53,073 nucleotides of DNA, from assembly GCA_965372715.1 (NCBI GenBank), contig CBDVDH010000021.1, positions 1 through 53,073 on the forward strand. Reading direction: 5' to 3'. The notes beneath the pieces are model-generated. The model worked only from the letters and a program-made list of their open reading frames with translations, was not told the origin of the DNA and searched no databases. Shown piece by piece: positions 48,954 to 53,073 of the stretch (within the stretch, counting starts at the first letter, position 1; the number at the start of each line of letters is the position of its first letter). The position numbers and the translations under genes were made by a program. The DNA is from an uncultured bacterium (lineage in GTDB: Bacteria > B130-G9).

Positions 48954-49373
48954 GTAGGGGCGGCGTCTCAGACCTAACAATCATACGCATTTTCAAGGGG
49001 TATGTTCCTCTGAATCACCGCATTTCAATGCGGTGATATAGATGATTCTCATTATCATAACACCCGACTTCAGTCGGGTGGCCAGAGAAGCCTGGAGCGC
49101 TCCTCCCTTCCTCCCCGGAATCCTCATCTGGAGAGGAGAAAGGAGGATATCGGGCTGCCTCAAATCCCCCATCTGAAGATGGGGGCTAGAACAATGATAG
49201 CCCCCTTGCATCGCCTCGGCTAAAGCCGGGCGATGACGCCCCCGACACACATCATCTGAAATATCCGCACAATTGTCACATTTCAGGGACCCCCGTTCTA
49301 GTTGATTAGCATGTCGAGGATGCCTCATTTGAAGACTTGACATGGACGGGCGGGTCTGAGACCACGCCCCTAC
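48954..49373. repeat. inverted REP pair enclosing four tetraloop hairpins
   Basis: REP at 48954-48974 (truncated) and 49348-49373; hairpins at 49014, 49061, 49166, 49209. Confidence 0.7.
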
Positions 49374-49377
49374 AGAC

Positions 49378-51885
<2,508 letters not shown>

Positions 51886-51897
51886 TTACCCATCTAT

Positions 51898-51926
51898 ATA
51901 ATATGCTGTCGGACGCGAATAGTCAA
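51898..51926 (-). promoter_or_regulatory. sigma70 promoter of gyrB
   Basis: TTGACT-17 nt-TATTAT on minus strand. Confidence 0.65.
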
Positions 51927-52062
51927 GCGATTCGGCTGCCGGGTCCCTGACTTCGGAGATGCGGGTCTAAGGCGCCCAATTGGGCATTCGTCGCAGTTTC
52001 CGGCAAACGGGAATCCTGGGTGTCACGTCGCAGGATGAAGGGTGATAACGACCGTGACTCAG

Positions 52063-52989
52063 TTACGAGGCTGTCTCATCTGTCGGTTCACGTCGTTGTA
52101 GGGGCGCGGTCTCTGACCCGCCCGTCATGGCTGACAGGGCCTGCTGAAGCGCTGCCGCTTGCTTTGCCGTGATGCGGCCAGCGCGGAGGGCGAGCTCGAC
52201 CGTTTTGCGGCCCAGGGTCGCATAGATTTCCAGCAGTTCAGGCATGTTTTCGGTGAGCCATCGAACGTGAGAAGCGACGGTTTCGACATCTCCGCGAGAG
52301 AACGGCCCTGTCAGAGCGGACTCGGGCCCGTGCCGCCTCGTGTTCTCAATTGCCGCCCTCACAAGCCGCCCAAGCATGGCCAGGCTCGCCTCGCGCTCGA
52401 CCCCGGCCTTTTCATGCACACGCCGGCCCTTATCCATCAGCAAGACCGCGAAATTGGACGCAAGGACGCAGGCGAGGTGGTGGGCAACCTTCGCTTCACC
52501 AGAGAGCTTCACGACCTGGGCCCCGAGCCGCTCGCACAACTCGGCAGCGATCTCGACGCCGGGCTCGGTGCCCGCCTCGACGCAGAACGTGCAGCCGTGG
52601 AGCCTGTCAGTGTCCTCGATCTCTCCGGAGAAACTCATAACTGGATGGATGCTGGCGAAATCCACATCGCGGTTTTTGAGGCACGACAGCACGCTCGTGG
52701 GCGTTGCGCCACTTGTATGGAAAACGGCTGACAGGTTTTCTGCATTGGCTATCTCGCTGACGCGCTCCGCGACGCCCTCAATCGCATCATCCGTGGTTGT
52801 TATGAAGATAACGTCGGCGCCGTTGACGGCCTGATCAACGATCTCCGCCACTGGAAAACCAAGCTGTCGCCAGGCGTCCGCCCTTTCACGGTCCTTGTCG
52901 AAGCTCGGCGAAATTCTTAGGCTCGCCCGCTCAAATCCGCGAGCGAAAGCCGTCGCTACCCGCCCGAGCCCAATAAACCCTATGCGCAG
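52063..52989 (-). CDS. Rossmann-like and DUF2520 domain protein (PanG-like), probable CTG start
   Basis: RIGFIGLGRVA, TTTDDAI, HTSGA, IHPVMSF, HHLACVLASNF, ALTGPFSRGD; GGAGG 6 nt before CTG. Confidence 0.85.
   Translation of the reverse strand: MRIGFIGLGRVATAFARGFERASLRISPSFDKDRERADAWRQLGFPVAEIVDQAVNGADVIFITTTDDAIEGVAERVSEIANAENLSAVFHTSGATPTSVLSCLKNRDVDFASIHPVMSFSGEIEDTDRLHGCTFCVEAGTEPGVEIAAELCERLGAQVVKLSGEAKVAHHLACVLASNFAVLLMDKGRRVHEKAGVEREASLAMLGRLVRAAIENTRRHGPESALTGPFSRGDVETVASHVRWLTENMPELLEIYATLGRKTVELALRAGRITAKQAAALQQALSAMTGGSETAPLQRREPTDETAS
52098..52123 (+). repeat. GTAG REP palindrome inside the 3' end of the DUF2520 gene
   Basis: GTAGGGGCGCGGTCTCTGACCCGCCC. Confidence 0.75.
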
Positions 52990-53011
52990 TCGATGCCTCC
53001 GATGCTGGTCC

Positions 53012-53037
53012 GTAGGGGCGTGGTCTCAGACCCGCCC
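53012..53037 (+). repeat. GTAG REP palindrome
   Basis: GTAGGGGCGTGGTCTCAGACCCGCCC, exact reverse complement of 49348-49373. Confidence 0.8.
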
Positions 53038-53073
53038 TTTCGAGTTGATGATCGCATAAGATGCCTCGTATCC

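Noticed and set aside
51930-52010. c-di-GMP-I riboswitch-like words (GGTCTAAG, GGCAAAC)
   Set aside because: Wrong order, antisense to gyrB, and upstream of the gyrB promoter

Overview
GC-rich bacterial chromosomal segment, probably from an uncultured lineage (inference; taxonomy cannot be fixed from this window). Housekeeping genes (guaB, dapF, two DUF507, dtd, RfaE-like nucleotidyltransferase, M16 peptidase, gyrB, DUF2520 Rossmann protein) alternate with four very large secreted modular proteins: an M36/M4 peptidase, a 2123-aa beta-helix/Ig protein, a PorU-like C25 peptidase and a frameshifted double beta-helix protein. There is also a radical-SAM/GT-C/GH57/carbamoyltransferase region and two AT-richer accessory regions. 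Main leads: (1) the M36 peptidase and the PorU-like C25 peptidase end in the same tandem C-terminal domain (P-x-I-x-x-AG[FY]...[WF]P-x-[LF]-x-[VI]), suggesting a T9SS-analogous sorting or anchoring system; (2) at 12.9-16.4 kb two small cassettes sit in tandem without an integrase, one bounded by a perfect 111-bp duplication of the carbamoyltransferase 3' end and one by 29-bp REP-containing direct repeats, with REP GTAG motifs supplying stop codons; (3) a 3-gene candidate defence island (STAND-like ATPase with ~25 conserved 42-aa helical repeats, pseudo-receiver-Mrr nuclease, discoidin-TM protein); (4) a promoter-driven structured ncRNA candidate with three phased palindromic operators upstream. 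About 14 GTAG-type REP palindromes are present. No rRNA, tRNA, CRISPR array, integrase, transposase or reverse transcriptase was seen. All calls come from reading motifs by eye; no searches were run.
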